64,000 nt of DNA from Cyanidioschyzon merolae. Its lineage: Eukaryota. Position 1 is the stretch's first letter, and every line of letters starts with the position of its first letter. The DNA lies in NCBI GenBank assembly GCA_000091205.1, contig AP006502.2; one strand, given 5' to 3'. The notes beneath the pieces are model-generated. The model made no database searches. It was not told the DNA's origin and saw only the letters and a list, made by a program, of their open reading frames with translations. Positions 40,678-52,100 of the stretch are shown here, one piece after another. The position numbers and the translations under genes are program-made.

Positions 40678-41493
40678 ATGGCAAATGAAAGAAAGCCTTT
40701 GCAACCGGTGCCCAGACCGAGCGTCAACGGAGCACCAGCGACGGCAACGTTCTTGGTGCTCGGGCTCATCGGAACGCTTTCCATCTATCTCCTGGGATTG
40801 CGCCACTGGGACACGGAAGTGTTCCTGCCGCCGGGTTTAAGTAGCGTCGTTCCAGCCGTGTTTCGGCTCTTCCTCTCTGTTTTTGCGTTTCGGTACCCGG
40901 GGGAGGCAATCTTTGCATGGCTCATGCTATACTATTTTCAGACGGTCGAGAAACAAATGGGTACACGCAAGTTTCTACCGTTCGCCGTGTTCGTAACGCT
41001 GGTCCAACAGGTGCTCCAGTACACCTATGGCCACTGGGTGCGCTCGTTGCCGTTGACCAAGTCGGGGCTGTATGGAGTGGCGTTTGCTGCGCTGGCTATA
41101 AAGGTACACTTGGAGCCGACGGTGAAACATCGATTGGTTGGTTGCACGTTGAGCCAGAAGCAAATGTCGTTGTTGATGGCTGCGTTTCTGGTGTTGAACG
41201 ACTTTCTATTTGATCTGCTCTTCAACCACAAACCCGATGTATATTTGTTCGGTCGAAGCAAGTTCAGTGTATCTGGCCTCATGGCGGCCGTTTTTGGGTA
41301 CACAGCAGGGTTGTTGTATTTGCTTCCGGCACTGGGCCCAGTAGAGCGCTGGCTGGTGCTTCCGTCGTCGCGGAATCCCTTGGTCGTCTGGCTGACGCTC
41401 ATAGCGCATCAGGAACTGGAGACTGTGCCTTATCATCTGCAGTCTGAACACATGCGGCTCCTTGAAGCGGCGTACAATCCAGTGAACTGGTGA
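40678..41493 (+). CDS. Polytopic membrane protein, tentatively in the rhomboid-like superfamily (derlin / Dsc2 / UBAC2-like pseudoprotease)
   Basis: The 271-aa ORF has about 6 hydrophobic helices. SKFSVSGLMAAVFGYTAGLLY resembles the rhomboid TM4 GxSG helix, but the first Gly is replaced by Ser (S-V-S-G). A TM6-like TLIAHQEL follows. No UBA domain is present. Confidence 0.3.
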   Translation: MANERKPLQPVPRPSVNGAPATATFLVLGLIGTLSIYLLGLRHWDTEVFLPPGLSSVVPAVFRLFLSVFAFRYPGEAIFAWLMLYYFQTVEKQMGTRKFLPFAVFVTLVQQVLQYTYGHWVRSLPLTKSGLYGVAFAALAIKVHLEPTVKHRLVGCTLSQKQMSLLMAAFLVLNDFLFDLLFNHKPDVYLFGRSKFSVSGLMAAVFGYTAGLLYLLPALGPVERWLVLPSSRNPLVVWLTLIAHQELETVPYHLQSEHMRLLEAAYNPVNW

Positions 41494-42056
41494 AAGGTTT
41501 GCAGCGGGATTCCCAGCTACCATCGGGGACGGCTCGCGCTGGAATCCGAGTCGGCGTTAGGCGTGCTCGCTGATCGAGACTTTTAGGCCCATTCTCGTGC
41601 TGTTTCATGATCATACAAGGCAACAGCGTCTGTGCGAGGAAGTTTTTCCGCAGTCTGGTGGGATGTGTCGCTACAGCGACGAAGAGTCAGTAGCCTGTCC
41701 AGTGCACATAAACGGATGCATTGTCTAATTCTGCGTACTTGGCCGGGTGTTTTTTTCATTTGTCTGGCACGGACTCCTGCAGCTACCATGATAAGAAGGC
41801 ATCCCCTGCGTCTGGGTAGAGCAGCGTACGTATAGAGGACTTTGACGGACCTGCACAATGACATCGCGGACGCACGCAGCACGTTAGCCGCGTGCATGGC
41901 GCGGCAGCGCAGCGTGAGCGCGTAGCGGATGCGTAGGTGCACCTGCGCGTAAACAATTATGGACATATTTGTTCTGAAAACTCTAAAGGCGCATCATCCC
42001 CTGGCAACGCCGGTGCACGCATTCATCCGTTCGATGCGAGATCGCATGGGCAGGGG

Positions 42057-42057
42057 A

Positions 42058-42104
<47 letters not shown>

Positions 42105-42124
42105 TTGCGTGCGTGCTTGCGTGC
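42057..42124. repeat. (GTGC)n tetranucleotide microsatellite, about 17 units with 2 interruptions
   Basis: gtgcgtgcgtgc...gtgcttgcgtgcgtgcttgcgtgc, read directly. It lies in the convergent 3' intergenic region. Confidence 0.95.
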
Positions 42125-42345
42125 AGCCTTGCATCTCCCCGTTTGTCATGAGGCCTTGCCAACGACGCTTCCGTGTGGTGCCGAGATCAAGCGTTGAGTG
42201 CTGATCAAACTACATGAATAGAGGGTGGAGAGCGCAGCATTGTGGTGCATGGCCTAATCGCAGGTCTGGGAAGCATAAAACCCTGGTTATGCGTTTCAGT
42301 GTTCTCGACTTGGCCTGAGCTGGCATAGCGGTGGTCGCTACCTAT

Positions 42346-44385
42346 TCAGGTCCACGAGACGCCGTGGGTTGCAAGTAGGCGCGCTCCGCGAAGAGACTTG
42401 CTTTCAAATACACGGCGCATCTGCCGCACGAAATGGCGCACTCGACTACTCAACATCACCGTGCCGAAGAATATCGCCTTGCGAATATTTGCCCGCCGCC
42501 GCGAAATCGCAAACGCTGAACCGAAACGCTCGAGCGGAATGCTGAACGCTGCAGCGTACACGACGCTACGAATCACCGTGCGCGTGCCTTGGACAAACGA
42601 AATATACCGAGGCCACTGCCGGATGCGAAAGAGATCGCTGAGAATCTCGGCCCGGAAAAAAGAGAGCACGAGCGCCAACAAGGTCGCGAGGCGATAGAGC
42701 GGCGTCCCGAACTTGAGAAAAAATCGATAAATAACCGCTAGACGGAGCATGCGATATGTGACAGTGAATGCGGCGGATCGCCACGTACGCAAGTGGGTCC
42801 AATGGAAGCGCGGTAGCTGATAGAGTGCCGGCTTGCCGGCGACAATGCGACGACGTTGCAAGTACCAAAGCACATAGCTGCCGCAACCACACGGAACAAG
42901 GTACTCGAGAACTTTGCGACGACAACTGAGCTTCCCCGGCGGCAGCAGTTCATCAAGGCATGTCTCGAGGGCGAGCTTCAGCGTGCGACCCAAATCGCGA
43001 TGACCCCAGAAACATAACGATTCATAGAGACAGTAGACCATGCTTCGAACGATGGTGCGAACGGTAACCGTCGGGCGCGATGCTTGGTCGTACCACAACA
43101 GTGCCCAGCGTTTCCGCCACGGCACCACGAGAGCCGCGGAAGACGAACCGGTTTTCGCGTGAGAAGCAGCGCTGGGTACATCTCTGGCAGATAACCCCAT
43201 GACATGCCGTTCCCGTCGAAGTGATGCAGCAGAACGATCCACACTCTGTGCAAGCGCTTCAGTAGCGCGTCCGGCACACTGAGGTCGCACGATCGCTGGC
43301 TCTGCTGGCGAAGCGCTCTCCACACGAAGAGACACTGCGGGACTCGGCTCCGCTCTATCGTCCGGTGCCACACTCAGGGCCGCTCCATGCCTAACGATCT
43401 CGTCGTCTTCGACAGCTGCATCAGGTATATTCTCGGTTGTCTCTCGTGGTGTGCTCAGCGGGGAATCCTCATGCTGTTCAAGTTTCTGTAACATAAGGAG
43501 ATGGCGGAAACGGCGTAGAGCCTCTCTACGGGCACTTTGCGCTTGCGACGCCTCGTGCTGGCAGCCACGAAGTGAATCAATGGAATTGCTTCTCTTCAGG
43601 TGACCATCTGGCACCATCTTCGGACGCTGCGGTGGAGCCCAGTGATGTGCTGGTAGTACTCGTGCAGGTCCTGGTAACGAACCGCGCCCGGTCATCGACG
43701 GCGCGCAAACGGCAGCAGTGGCAAGTGCATCAGAGCGCATCATGTGCGCTCCGGCCGTCCAGGCAGGTTGCAACACGGCCACTCTGCCGAACTCCTGTGC
43801 AACTTCGTCTAAAAGTACATGGGAGAATGTTTCGCTCACATGCACCGGCATATCAAGGAGGAAAGTCGCGTGCATGGTTGCCTCGCTTCGAGTCCGCTTG
43901 AACAGAAACTCATTCGAACCCGATCGTCGTTCTCGCAACTGTCCATTTATATCGGGAGCTGAGGACAGCAACACTGCGAGTTCTCGCCAGCAGAGCCGCC
44001 TTGGCAAGCCCTCGAGACAACTCAACGAGACACTTCTTCGGAGGTGAGACTTTTCATTCAAAGTTTCACCCGAACTTTGAAAGCTAGGAAACGCCTCCGG
44101 CTCTGATGAACGCAGAAGCACACCCCGAGTTTCGAGACTCTCAGGGTTACGCTCGCTCGAGGCGTCACCACCGAGGGTACCACACCGAGTGCGCCCGTCG
44201 TCGCCTGCGATGGGGCCGTTCAGCCCCCTAATATCAGCAGCATCCGTAACGCGACAAGACGCTGGGAGCACACGGGCAGCCTTAGCGTCCATGATGATGC
44301 AGCCCGTCTCGCACACCAAGGTGCGGAGTGCACGTACCTGACCAAAGCGTCCACGCACGACAACCCAGGCACACGATCCACGCAC
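42346..44385 (-). CDS. Hypothetical protein with a disordered N-terminal half and a C-terminal multi-TM domain
   Basis: The C-terminal ~200 aa (YLVPCGCGSYVLWYLQRRRIVAGKPALYQLPRFHWTHLRTWRSAAFTVTYRMLRLAVIYRFFLKFGTPLYRLATLLALVLSFFRAEILSDLF...AIFFGTVMLSSRVRHF) contain 4-5 hydrophobic helices. No family was recognised. Confidence 0.45.
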   Translation of the reverse strand: MRGSCAWVVVRGRFGQVRALRTLVCETGCIIMDAKAARVLPASCRVTDAADIRGLNGPIAGDDGRTRCGTLGGDASSERNPESLETRGVLLRSSEPEAFPSFQSSGETLNEKSHLRRSVSLSCLEGLPRRLCWRELAVLLSSAPDINGQLRERRSGSNEFLFKRTRSEATMHATFLLDMPVHVSETFSHVLLDEVAQEFGRVAVLQPAWTAGAHMMRSDALATAAVCAPSMTGRGSLPGPARVLPAHHWAPPQRPKMVPDGHLKRSNSIDSLRGCQHEASQAQSARREALRRFRHLLMLQKLEQHEDSPLSTPRETTENIPDAAVEDDEIVRHGAALSVAPDDRAEPSPAVSLRVESASPAEPAIVRPQCAGRATEALAQSVDRSAASLRRERHVMGLSARDVPSAASHAKTGSSSAALVVPWRKRWALLWYDQASRPTVTVRTIVRSMVYCLYESLCFWGHRDLGRTLKLALETCLDELLPPGKLSCRRKVLEYLVPCGCGSYVLWYLQRRRIVAGKPALYQLPRFHWTHLRTWRSAAFTVTYRMLRLAVIYRFFLKFGTPLYRLATLLALVLSFFRAEILSDLFRIRQWPRYISFVQGTRTVIRSVVYAAAFSIPLERFGSAFAISRRRANIRKAIFFGTVMLSSRVRHFVRQMRRVFESKSLRGARLLATHGVSWT

Positions 44386-45292
44386 GCGCTTCGCTTCGCG
44401 CGACGCTTTGCTCGATCGCGGCGCCTTGCCGGTTGCGATCCCGAGGGCGCTGCTGCCGCTCGTCGCTTACAGGTAACACACAGCGATGATTTTTCCGACG
44501 ACAACGCGTTTGTATGGACCATAGATTCCAGATTGCGGGACAGATGGGTATTCATAATCGAAAATGCGTCGACGGTGATGCACTTTACCTCCAAGTTCGA
44601 TTAATTATACTTCCTATCGGATGAACTAGTCGTGTCGTACCTTGTATCGTGCGGCGATTGCCCGCCTTGCTGCACTCGTCGTAGCGCTTGAACCGTTGGG
44701 TAGATGCATCACAGAGACAGAACGGCTTTGGCATACCTCGGCGGGCGTCGGTTCGAGGAATGCTTGAACTGACACGGGGTCAGAGTTTATCACCATGCTG
44801 GGAGCCGGGAAGCCGCGTAGACAGCCCTACTGCTTGCGGCAGCGCAAAGCGATATTATGGGAGTCCACTGCGACCATATCGACGCCCAGACGCAACCCTG
44901 AGCGCCCCCGATCCGGGAATAAACTGTGTTTCGGACGAGCTGCTCGGATCTCAGTAAAGCACTCGGCGCTAGGTGGAGCATGAAGCAAGAGTCTGGCAGA
45001 CTCGTCCGACTCGCGGGACCTTCCGCCTCGAAGGTCAACTTTCGACAATACGGAAACCTTTTCCTCTTTTTAACCCTAACCGTAAAGGGGCAAAGATATT
45101 GTTATGTCGTTGCTAGTTAGTGCTTCGTTTCTCTGCTTTTTTCTGCAGCGCGCTTGGTACTTTGCACCGAATCGATGGCGTTTGCGCCGCCTGTGCCAAT
45201 CGCGGGAAGCGCCTCAGGCCAGACGTGGCTTGCGCTAGGACTTCAGCTCAGGAGCTCGAGCGACCCCGGAGCGGAATGCTCGTCTCATACGC

Positions 45293-47602
45293 ATGAACTG
45301 CAGACGTCAGCTTACAATTAGAGCGCTCCATGGTGATGTAAAAGCTGAAACCTCGGATAAAAGACGCTGGAAACGACGTCTGCGGAGAGACGAGTGTTCG
45401 ATGCCGCCGACAGCGTCCGGCTGGACCCGCGGCAGCCGCTTGGACGCTGCTGGTGTCGCAGGCGTTGGCGGTGCGCAGCCTTCGGACCAGGACGCTGCCT
45501 GCCTTCTCTGGTGCGAACGATTCCGGCCGACGTGCGTTGAGGAGTTGGCTGTGGCGCCAAAGAAACGAGTTGAGATCGAGACTTGGCTCTGTCACGCTTG
45601 GGAGACGTGTTCGAACAGCCAGTTCGAAGCTGCGCCCTGTGCGCCGCAAGTGGCACTCATTTGGGGCCCTAGCGGTGCCGGGGCGTCAGCGACTTTGGAC
45701 GTTCTGGCCACCCAGCGATTTCGAGCGACGGTTGTACGATGGACTTGTACCGATCGCTACTTTGACACCGAGCTGGGAAGCGCCTCAGTACTGGAGAGCT
45801 TTCTAGAGTTTCTGTTGATGGTAAGCAACACGCCCGCGGATGAGTGGCGTGGCAACGCTAGCTTCACTCAACGGAGTTCGGTGACGCATCTACGCCAGCA
45901 GAACCAGCCTGGTGCGGAGCGGCTTGGGGCTAATGCCTCCGCCGGACACCACCACGACCGATATCTCGCCGTCGTCGAGGACTTTCCTGTGGGCATCCAA
46001 GAGCGCGACCACGCAGTTTACAGTTCGTTCCAGAGTCGTTTGCTTGCGCTGCTTGCCGGACTGCGACTGCCTTTGGCCTGGATCTTGCCCAGCGACCCGC
46101 ACTGGCGTGCTCGCCAGATTCGCTTCTTGTTCGGAGGCCAGGCAAAGCTGCCGGATCAGTTGCCGCCGTGGGTGCGACACATTGAGTTTCTCCCGGTGAC
46201 TGAGAGGCGCATTCAAACAGTTTTGCTTCAAATTGCCGCGAGACTGGCTGATGCGCGCGATGCCGATAGGTTTGGACGTTCCTCGGCACTGGAGCAGATT
46301 ACGGCAGAGTTAGCTCGACGATGTGCTGGCGACATCCGTCGGGCCATTCAATGGATGCAGTTCTGTTTCGTGGGCCAGGCGATGGAGCCTATTGCTGCGC
46401 CTGGTACGAAACCAACCAAGAGGGGACGCTTTCTTGAAAATTGGAAATGCTTGTCTGAACTGATGCAGCATTTCGAGGGAAATGCGCGGATCGGTCTCAG
46501 CCATATGATCGCGAGAATTCTCTACGATAAGCACCAAGCAGAAGAATGGCAGATCGATGATGAATACTGCATCGATGACATTGGACGCTCGTGCAATGCT
46601 GATGGAGATATCGGCAACATCACCTTGCCGACAACGGCTACAGAGTGCTCTATGTTTCTCAGTGCTTTGCACGAGAATTTCGTCGAGCATTTCGTACGAA
46701 TAGAGGACGTCGCTTTAGCGCTAGCGGATTTTAGTTACGCTGATATGATGCAGCGCAATAAGCTCGATGTCGAAGCGGTGATCGCGCTCCAAGTTGCTGT
46801 TTGCGGTGTACGCTGCGCCAACCGGTGCCACGCTCCTGCAAGGTTTCGGCCAATTCGTCTGCAGCCACGTCGGTATGGAACGCACGCCATCCGACCGAGT
46901 TCGACGTTGTATGATGAAAACGTGAACGATTATCGTGATGCGACAGGGCTTGGGCGTCGTGCATGGGAGCCGGCTGCGTTTACCATGCGGAGCAAAGCGA
47001 CACAATTACCGTGTTGGACATCCCCGGCGAATGACACGCTGGAGTCGGCTGAGTCCACGGCTCTGTTCCTGGATCCTATCGAGGATGCGGATAGCCGCCC
47101 GAGCAGGGCATCAGAAAACACAGGTCAACCTCTCCGTAACGATTGCACAAGGTCGGCAACACTACTAGAGACCACTCACGTATCGACAATCTGTGCACCC
47201 TGGTCTTCCAATCGTAGGAGGCGCTACAGCGTGCGAGTGATCAACGACAATGCGCTGCCGATGCACAGCGTTTCTGCAAATGCATCACGCATCTCAGCGG
47301 AAGCGGGACGCGCTCCTGGACCCTGGAGCGACCACGAGCCGGCAGCAGCATTTGCGGTGGGTCTCGCGAGCGATGAGTTCGGTCTGAGCGGCGAAGCGCA
47401 CTTACCGAGCAGCCGGAGACAACGCACATCCACATCGGGGACGTCACCCTCGCCAGCATACGAATCTTCAGTCGGAGAGGACACTGTGAGACGAGCCCGT
47501 GTTTCAGAGGCCCTTTCGCCCGACATTGAGCCTCGGGATCAAGTCCTGCATTGTCTCTTGGATATGTATGAGAAACGCACTGACCATTTGTGTGCATCAT
47601 GA
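45293..47602 (+). CDS. RAD17: RAD17/Rad24-family checkpoint clamp-loader (RFC-like AAA+) subunit, with a degenerate Walker A motif
   Basis: LWCERFRPTCVEELAVAPKKRVEIETWL matches the Rad17 N-terminal box (WV.KYKP....ELAVHKKKI.EV..WL). The P-loop position reads LIWGPSGAGASATLD, against Rad17 ITGPPGCGKTTT. YLAVVEDFP is Walker-B-like, against ILVEDLP. ARRCAGDIRRAIQWMQF aligns with the Rad17 sensor-2 region CQGCSGDIRSAINSLQF. Confidence 0.8.
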   Translation: MNCRRQLTIRALHGDVKAETSDKRRWKRRLRRDECSMPPTASGWTRGSRLDAAGVAGVGGAQPSDQDAACLLWCERFRPTCVEELAVAPKKRVEIETWLCHAWETCSNSQFEAAPCAPQVALIWGPSGAGASATLDVLATQRFRATVVRWTCTDRYFDTELGSASVLESFLEFLLMVSNTPADEWRGNASFTQRSSVTHLRQQNQPGAERLGANASAGHHHDRYLAVVEDFPVGIQERDHAVYSSFQSRLLALLAGLRLPLAWILPSDPHWRARQIRFLFGGQAKLPDQLPPWVRHIEFLPVTERRIQTVLLQIAARLADARDADRFGRSSALEQITAELARRCAGDIRRAIQWMQFCFVGQAMEPIAAPGTKPTKRGRFLENWKCLSELMQHFEGNARIGLSHMIARILYDKHQAEEWQIDDEYCIDDIGRSCNADGDIGNITLPTTATECSMFLSALHENFVEHFVRIEDVALALADFSYADMMQRNKLDVEAVIALQVAVCGVRCANRCHAPARFRPIRLQPRRYGTHAIRPSSTLYDENVNDYRDATGLGRRAWEPAAFTMRSKATQLPCWTSPANDTLESAESTALFLDPIEDADSRPSRASENTGQPLRNDCTRSATLLETTHVSTICAPWSSNRRRRYSVRVINDNALPMHSVSANASRISAEAGRAPGPWSDHEPAAAFAVGLASDEFGLSGEAHLPSSRRQRTSTSGTSPSPAYESSVGEDTVRRARVSEALSPDIEPRDQVLHCLLDMYEKRTDHLCAS

Positions 47603-47820
47603 GTCAGCGTTCGATCTGCGGATATTTGCGGATACCTGATCAACCGCTGACGAAAAAGTGCATGCGCAATGACGCGCAACTAGCAATAAGAGACGGTAAA
47701 GTCGTACCGTTAGCTGGCCCTTGCCATTGGGTATATCGAATACGACCCCGCTCTGCCCAGGGCGCGGATATATTCAGCAAAGGCCCGCGCTCGCTAAGCA
47801 GCATTGTATATCGGCAACCG

Positions 47821-47838
47821 TGAGGCCGCTGCTGCTGC
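47821..47838. repeat. (GCT)6 microsatellite
   Basis: gctgctgctgctgctgct, read directly, in the convergent intergenic region. Confidence 0.8.
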
Positions 47839-48492
47839 TGCTGCTGTGAGCGTACGTCTGCCCCTGGTATGCTTCGAGTCCAAGCCCGAGCATATTCCAG
47901 CGCATACCAGGGCGCCTGATTACGGTAACGTATCGTTGATGATGCTAGCCGCAGCTCGCGGGTTACCAGGTTGTGTTGGTATGCGCTTCAGAAGAGCGCT
48001 TGTCCGTTTGCTTGCATACGTGCATGCACGACGCAGCTCTGAACCCATTTGCGCTGCGCAGGCATGCTGCTGCAGTGAACACGAGTTTGAGCGCGGCGCG
48101 TTCAGCCAGTTGCAGTCTCTAGAAGATAAACAGACTTTACGTTGAGCTTACGGGAACCAGTTTCCGTCATGGATGACAGGAGCGTTTGTTGCGCTGGATA
48201 CAGCCCCACTTCGCCACGCTTCTGGGACAGGATGCCCACATATCGATATCTCACGTCCGAGATGCTCTTGAAACGCTCCACCTACCAAAACGCTCAACTG
48301 GAAACTGCGGAAACCTTCTCCGTGAGCACCTGCATTCGCGCCTCCCGCACTCGCCTCGAAAACCAACCTGCATGCAGGTTGATGAACGAGCAGGGGCCGA
48401 TCCAGCACACCTCTCCGCAAACAAACGCAGCAGAACGTACGCGCTTCCACGACACATGGTCACAGTGCACATGCGCCAGAACACATCGGTGA

Positions 48493-49176
48493 CTATACCA
48501 GATGCTTGACGAAACCGAAGCCGATAACAACGACGGCGTACAGTGCCAGCATTGACCAAATCACGAGCATCTCGGTCCTGCCCGGTACCATGTCCGTTCG
48601 CCGGTGGCTCTTGCTTCGATCACATGCATCCAGCAGCACTCCGAACGACTCGATAAGCAAGATGAGCGGGATCACAATCCACAAAACGTTGGCAAAAAAG
48701 AGGTAGACCCACTTGTGGACCCAGCTATTCGCCGGGTTCAGCTCGCGACTGCCGGTGAGCCACTCCGGACCGAACGTCATCCAGTTGCCGTAAATTTCAC
48801 CTGTTGCACAAATCACTTGCCAAAAATGTCGCCAAGGCCGTCGTCGGTATGTCCCATAGGCGAGAACGAGCGCTAACGGACCCCAGAGAAGCGCCGTCGG
48901 CACCTCAAGTGCCGCGGTGCAGTCGTGAAGACGACCCCAACGCGGATCCGCCTTTGCGTACTCTTTCCACGGTAGAGCCATGAAGTGATTTGAGCGCTCA
49001 ACTGTCACGGTGAGGGTAAGGATGAGCCACGGCAGCTCGAGCCCCAAGTGCGTGATCGCGTCCAGCAGGTACCAGACGATCACCGCTTTCTCGCCGGGAG
49101 TCAGCGGGTCGTCTGCCTTGAGGACTCGCGGAGCACTGCCCGAGCTGCTACTTTTATTCATCGCCACGTTCGCCAT
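48493..49176 (-). CDS. EBP: Emopamil-binding protein family sterol delta8-delta7 isomerase (EXPERA domain)
   Basis: LPWKEYAKADPRW aligns with human EBP LWKEYAKGDSRY. LLWGPLALVLAYG aligns with CLWGPLSLWVV. GEIYGNWMTFGPEW aligns with GQIYGDVLYFLTEH. WIVIPLILLIESF aligns with WLVLPGVLVLDA. The 227-aa length and four TM helices match. Confidence 0.9.
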   Translation of the reverse strand: MANVAMNKSSSSGSAPRVLKADDPLTPGEKAVIVWYLLDAITHLGLELPWLILTLTVTVERSNHFMALPWKEYAKADPRWGRLHDCTAALEVPTALLWGPLALVLAYGTYRRRPWRHFWQVICATGEIYGNWMTFGPEWLTGSRELNPANSWVHKWVYLFFANVLWIVIPLILLIESFGVLLDACDRSKSHRRTDMVPGRTEMLVIWSMLALYAVVVIGFGFVKHLV

Positions 49177-52100
49177 ATTCTAGGTTTTCAAACGAAGCGA
49201 CAGCTCTCTGGACGTAAACGAACGAATTCAGCACCGAGAGACGCTGTACGTCGATTTGGACAAAGCAAGATCAGCTGTGCATCACTAGTCTGCCGAGCGC
49301 AGGGCGATGATTGGCAGGGCGCCACCTCCGTGCGCCGCGCATGGAAACGGTGGCGATCGCGCGCATTCACCCTGTGGCGATGCGCGGCACGACTGAGACT
49401 GCAGCATGCGCCACCATTGATTCGCGCACGTCTGGTCGTTTCGATCTGCGTTGTGCGAACGCCACGTGTTCGCGCGGCGTCGTCAAGCGCGAATGCCTAC
49501 GCGGGATGGAATCGCTTTGTACAAAATTAGCGGAGGTGCAGCACTTGCCCAGGGAAACGTTTCCTGTGCCAGATCGAAGACGTTGCTGGACGCTTGCACC
49601 GTTCCATATCCAGGCGTTGATCGAGGTGGCGTTCCCGTACCGCTCTTTCCTGGATACTGATTTGTCTCATCAACATTGCCCGCATTTCAGCACGTTGCTT
49701 GCACAGCGTACGAGACAATTTCTTCGATCGTTCATCCGCCGCACAGCCGCTGGGCGCTCCGGCCGCACGAGATGGTATACAGCGACCAGATCGGAATTTA
49801 AAACGGCGAGGGAATTGAACGCATGAGGGCAAGAACGAATTCATCCCACCAGTAACAAAGCGTGCATGCACCATCTACGCCCAGCGTTGGATGCCTCGAT
49901 CAACAACCCGATATGTCTGACGCTTCCGAAGCGCGCCAGCGGCGTTGTTCCGCGTGAACTTTCGAGATGATGTGTGTCGTACGCAATAGGGGCATTGTGT
50001 TGGAAAGCGGAACATTTTTCATGAGGAACATCGTTGTCCAGTAGAGAGAGGGCATCGGATCTCTGCAACGACGATGGCACTGGTGCGGTGCAGGTCAGTG
50101 AGCCAGCAACGCTGAAGCGCCGCACATATATAGACCCAGAACCTGTTTCCTGGACACCTGGTGAAGAGTGCGTGTTTTCCCTGATTCGAGGTGAATGGCC
50201 ATAGAATGGTGTCACGTCAGTTTACCCCGTGACGCCGCCATGTCTTCACTCTATGCGCACGCAGCCGGTAGCAAACGTAGCACAGCTTTTTAGGTGACGG
50301 TGCACGAGGTCCGATCCAGCGACAAGATGCCTGCCAGGCACCTGAGATCAATCATCAGCCTGCGGCCTGCGTGTTCCTTGTTCGTTCGGCGCGCGTGCAG
50401 CCCGACCCGAGACTCTCGCAGGTATGCAGGGCGGTGCCTGCCTGCTTGTCTGTATGTCTGTATGTCTTTCTGACCAGCTGCTGATATGCGTTCCACGCGC
50501 GTATCGTTGCGCCTGGAATGGCCTCGCACTCAGCAGCACGTGCAAAAATGGGAGTGACTGGTTCAGGCCCAAGGTCTGATACGGATCAATGGACGCTTTC
50601 CCGGATGCCGAGAGCACTCTAGCCACCGGGGATCGCCAGTTCACGTACACGAGACTACGCTCAGAAAACTTATGATCATTAATGCCGTGCGTTGGCGACT
50701 CCAAGGTTGCTTGCCGAACCTGGGGGTCGAACCAATTATGATAGGTACCTGGGGACCGTCGCATGCAATTTCAGCGATGTGCATGGTGAGACGAGGACGT
50801 TTCTTGCTTGCTTTTCGAGGCTTGGCATGGGTGGCTCCGTACCAGCAAGTTACATACAATTTTAGATGAAATAGAATCGGTCCACTCACATGATGCGGGC
50901 GTACGATCCAAAGCTTTGGGCTCTTCACATTATCATGCGCACTAGTCATTGCCGACTGTTTATGCGATTGCTTCTTCTGGTCTCTTTCACCTCCGGCTTG
51001 AAATACACCGGTGTTTCCTTCTCTCAATCTCGACTTTCAGTCGTCGAAGAATGCTGATGGTAGCGTTAACGTCCCGATTTCGCTGCTTGCGGCTGCTATC
51101 GACGCACATCATCGTATACAGACGGTCGTTAGGATCGTCGCTTCTCTTGCGAGTTTCACCTGCTTCGTATGCAGCCTCAGTGCACCCCTGGGCAGCGGTG
51201 AAATTCGACTGTGGTCTGATGCTCCGCCAATGTCCATCTAAGGAACACCACCACCTCCACCTCCTACTCCATGTACCCTGAAGGCTGGCCTGTGGCACGT
51301 AAACGCTTGCTTCAGCACACGGTTGATGCCCTTGGCGGATACAGAAGCTTGCTGTCGATGGGCTCCTCTATCTCGTTCTCAAATGCCGTACCCGACAATC
51401 GCCGGCTTCGTCTTAGCGATTCCCCCAGCGAGGACTCTATCCGCTGAACGCACTAGCGCACTGCGTCGTATACCATCCAGAATTTGTGGTGCTCGATTCT
51501 GTCCATAATGTAAAGAGAACCGGAACGAATACCCCAGGTTAGAGAACAAGTCGACAAATTTCGATCCACTTACGTTGACTTCATACCAAGCGATGAAACA
51601 CCCTGCACTGGAAGAGATCGCGACGGTGACTGCAGTCCAATTGCATACACGTTTGCCGTGGAAGGACAAGTGACGCTGAGCCTCTCGGATCGTATCTCGT
51701 GACAGGTACAATGCTGGTGGGGTCGTAGCCGGCTTCGTCGATGGCCACCAAGCAAATGCATTTGTTTTTCGGCCAGAATGGATCATTTGACGTGACAAGT
51801 TCAGTGACCGCTCGAGACGAGCGCGTGAGCAGCGCGTCAACAGTCGCCGTCGAGTTGTTTTCGTTGTCAATTCATTTGGGCGGCGAGCTGCGCCTACGAG
51901 TTGCCTTCAACCAGAGGAAAAGCCTTGGAGAATGCGTGCTCTGAGCGTGCAGCGCGGAACTAGAGGAGATGAAGGGATACCACCACGCATGCGTTTGATA
52001 GTAATACCGTTTATTTTACGAATTGTCGTTCGATGGCGTCGCCACTCATCGTGATGGCAGTGACGAATCGAAACCCAGTAGCAGAGCGTCAAACGAGCCA

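Noticed and set aside
50440-50470. Short repeat gtctgtatgtctgtatgtct
   Set aside because: It has only ~3 units of a 7-mer in a non-genic region, which is too small to be meaningful beyond simple-sequence noise.
50715-50750. T-loop-like ggttcgaccccc on the minus strand
   Set aside because: The flanking 5-bp stems are not complementary (attgg vs cccag). There is no upstream D-arm or anticodon arm.
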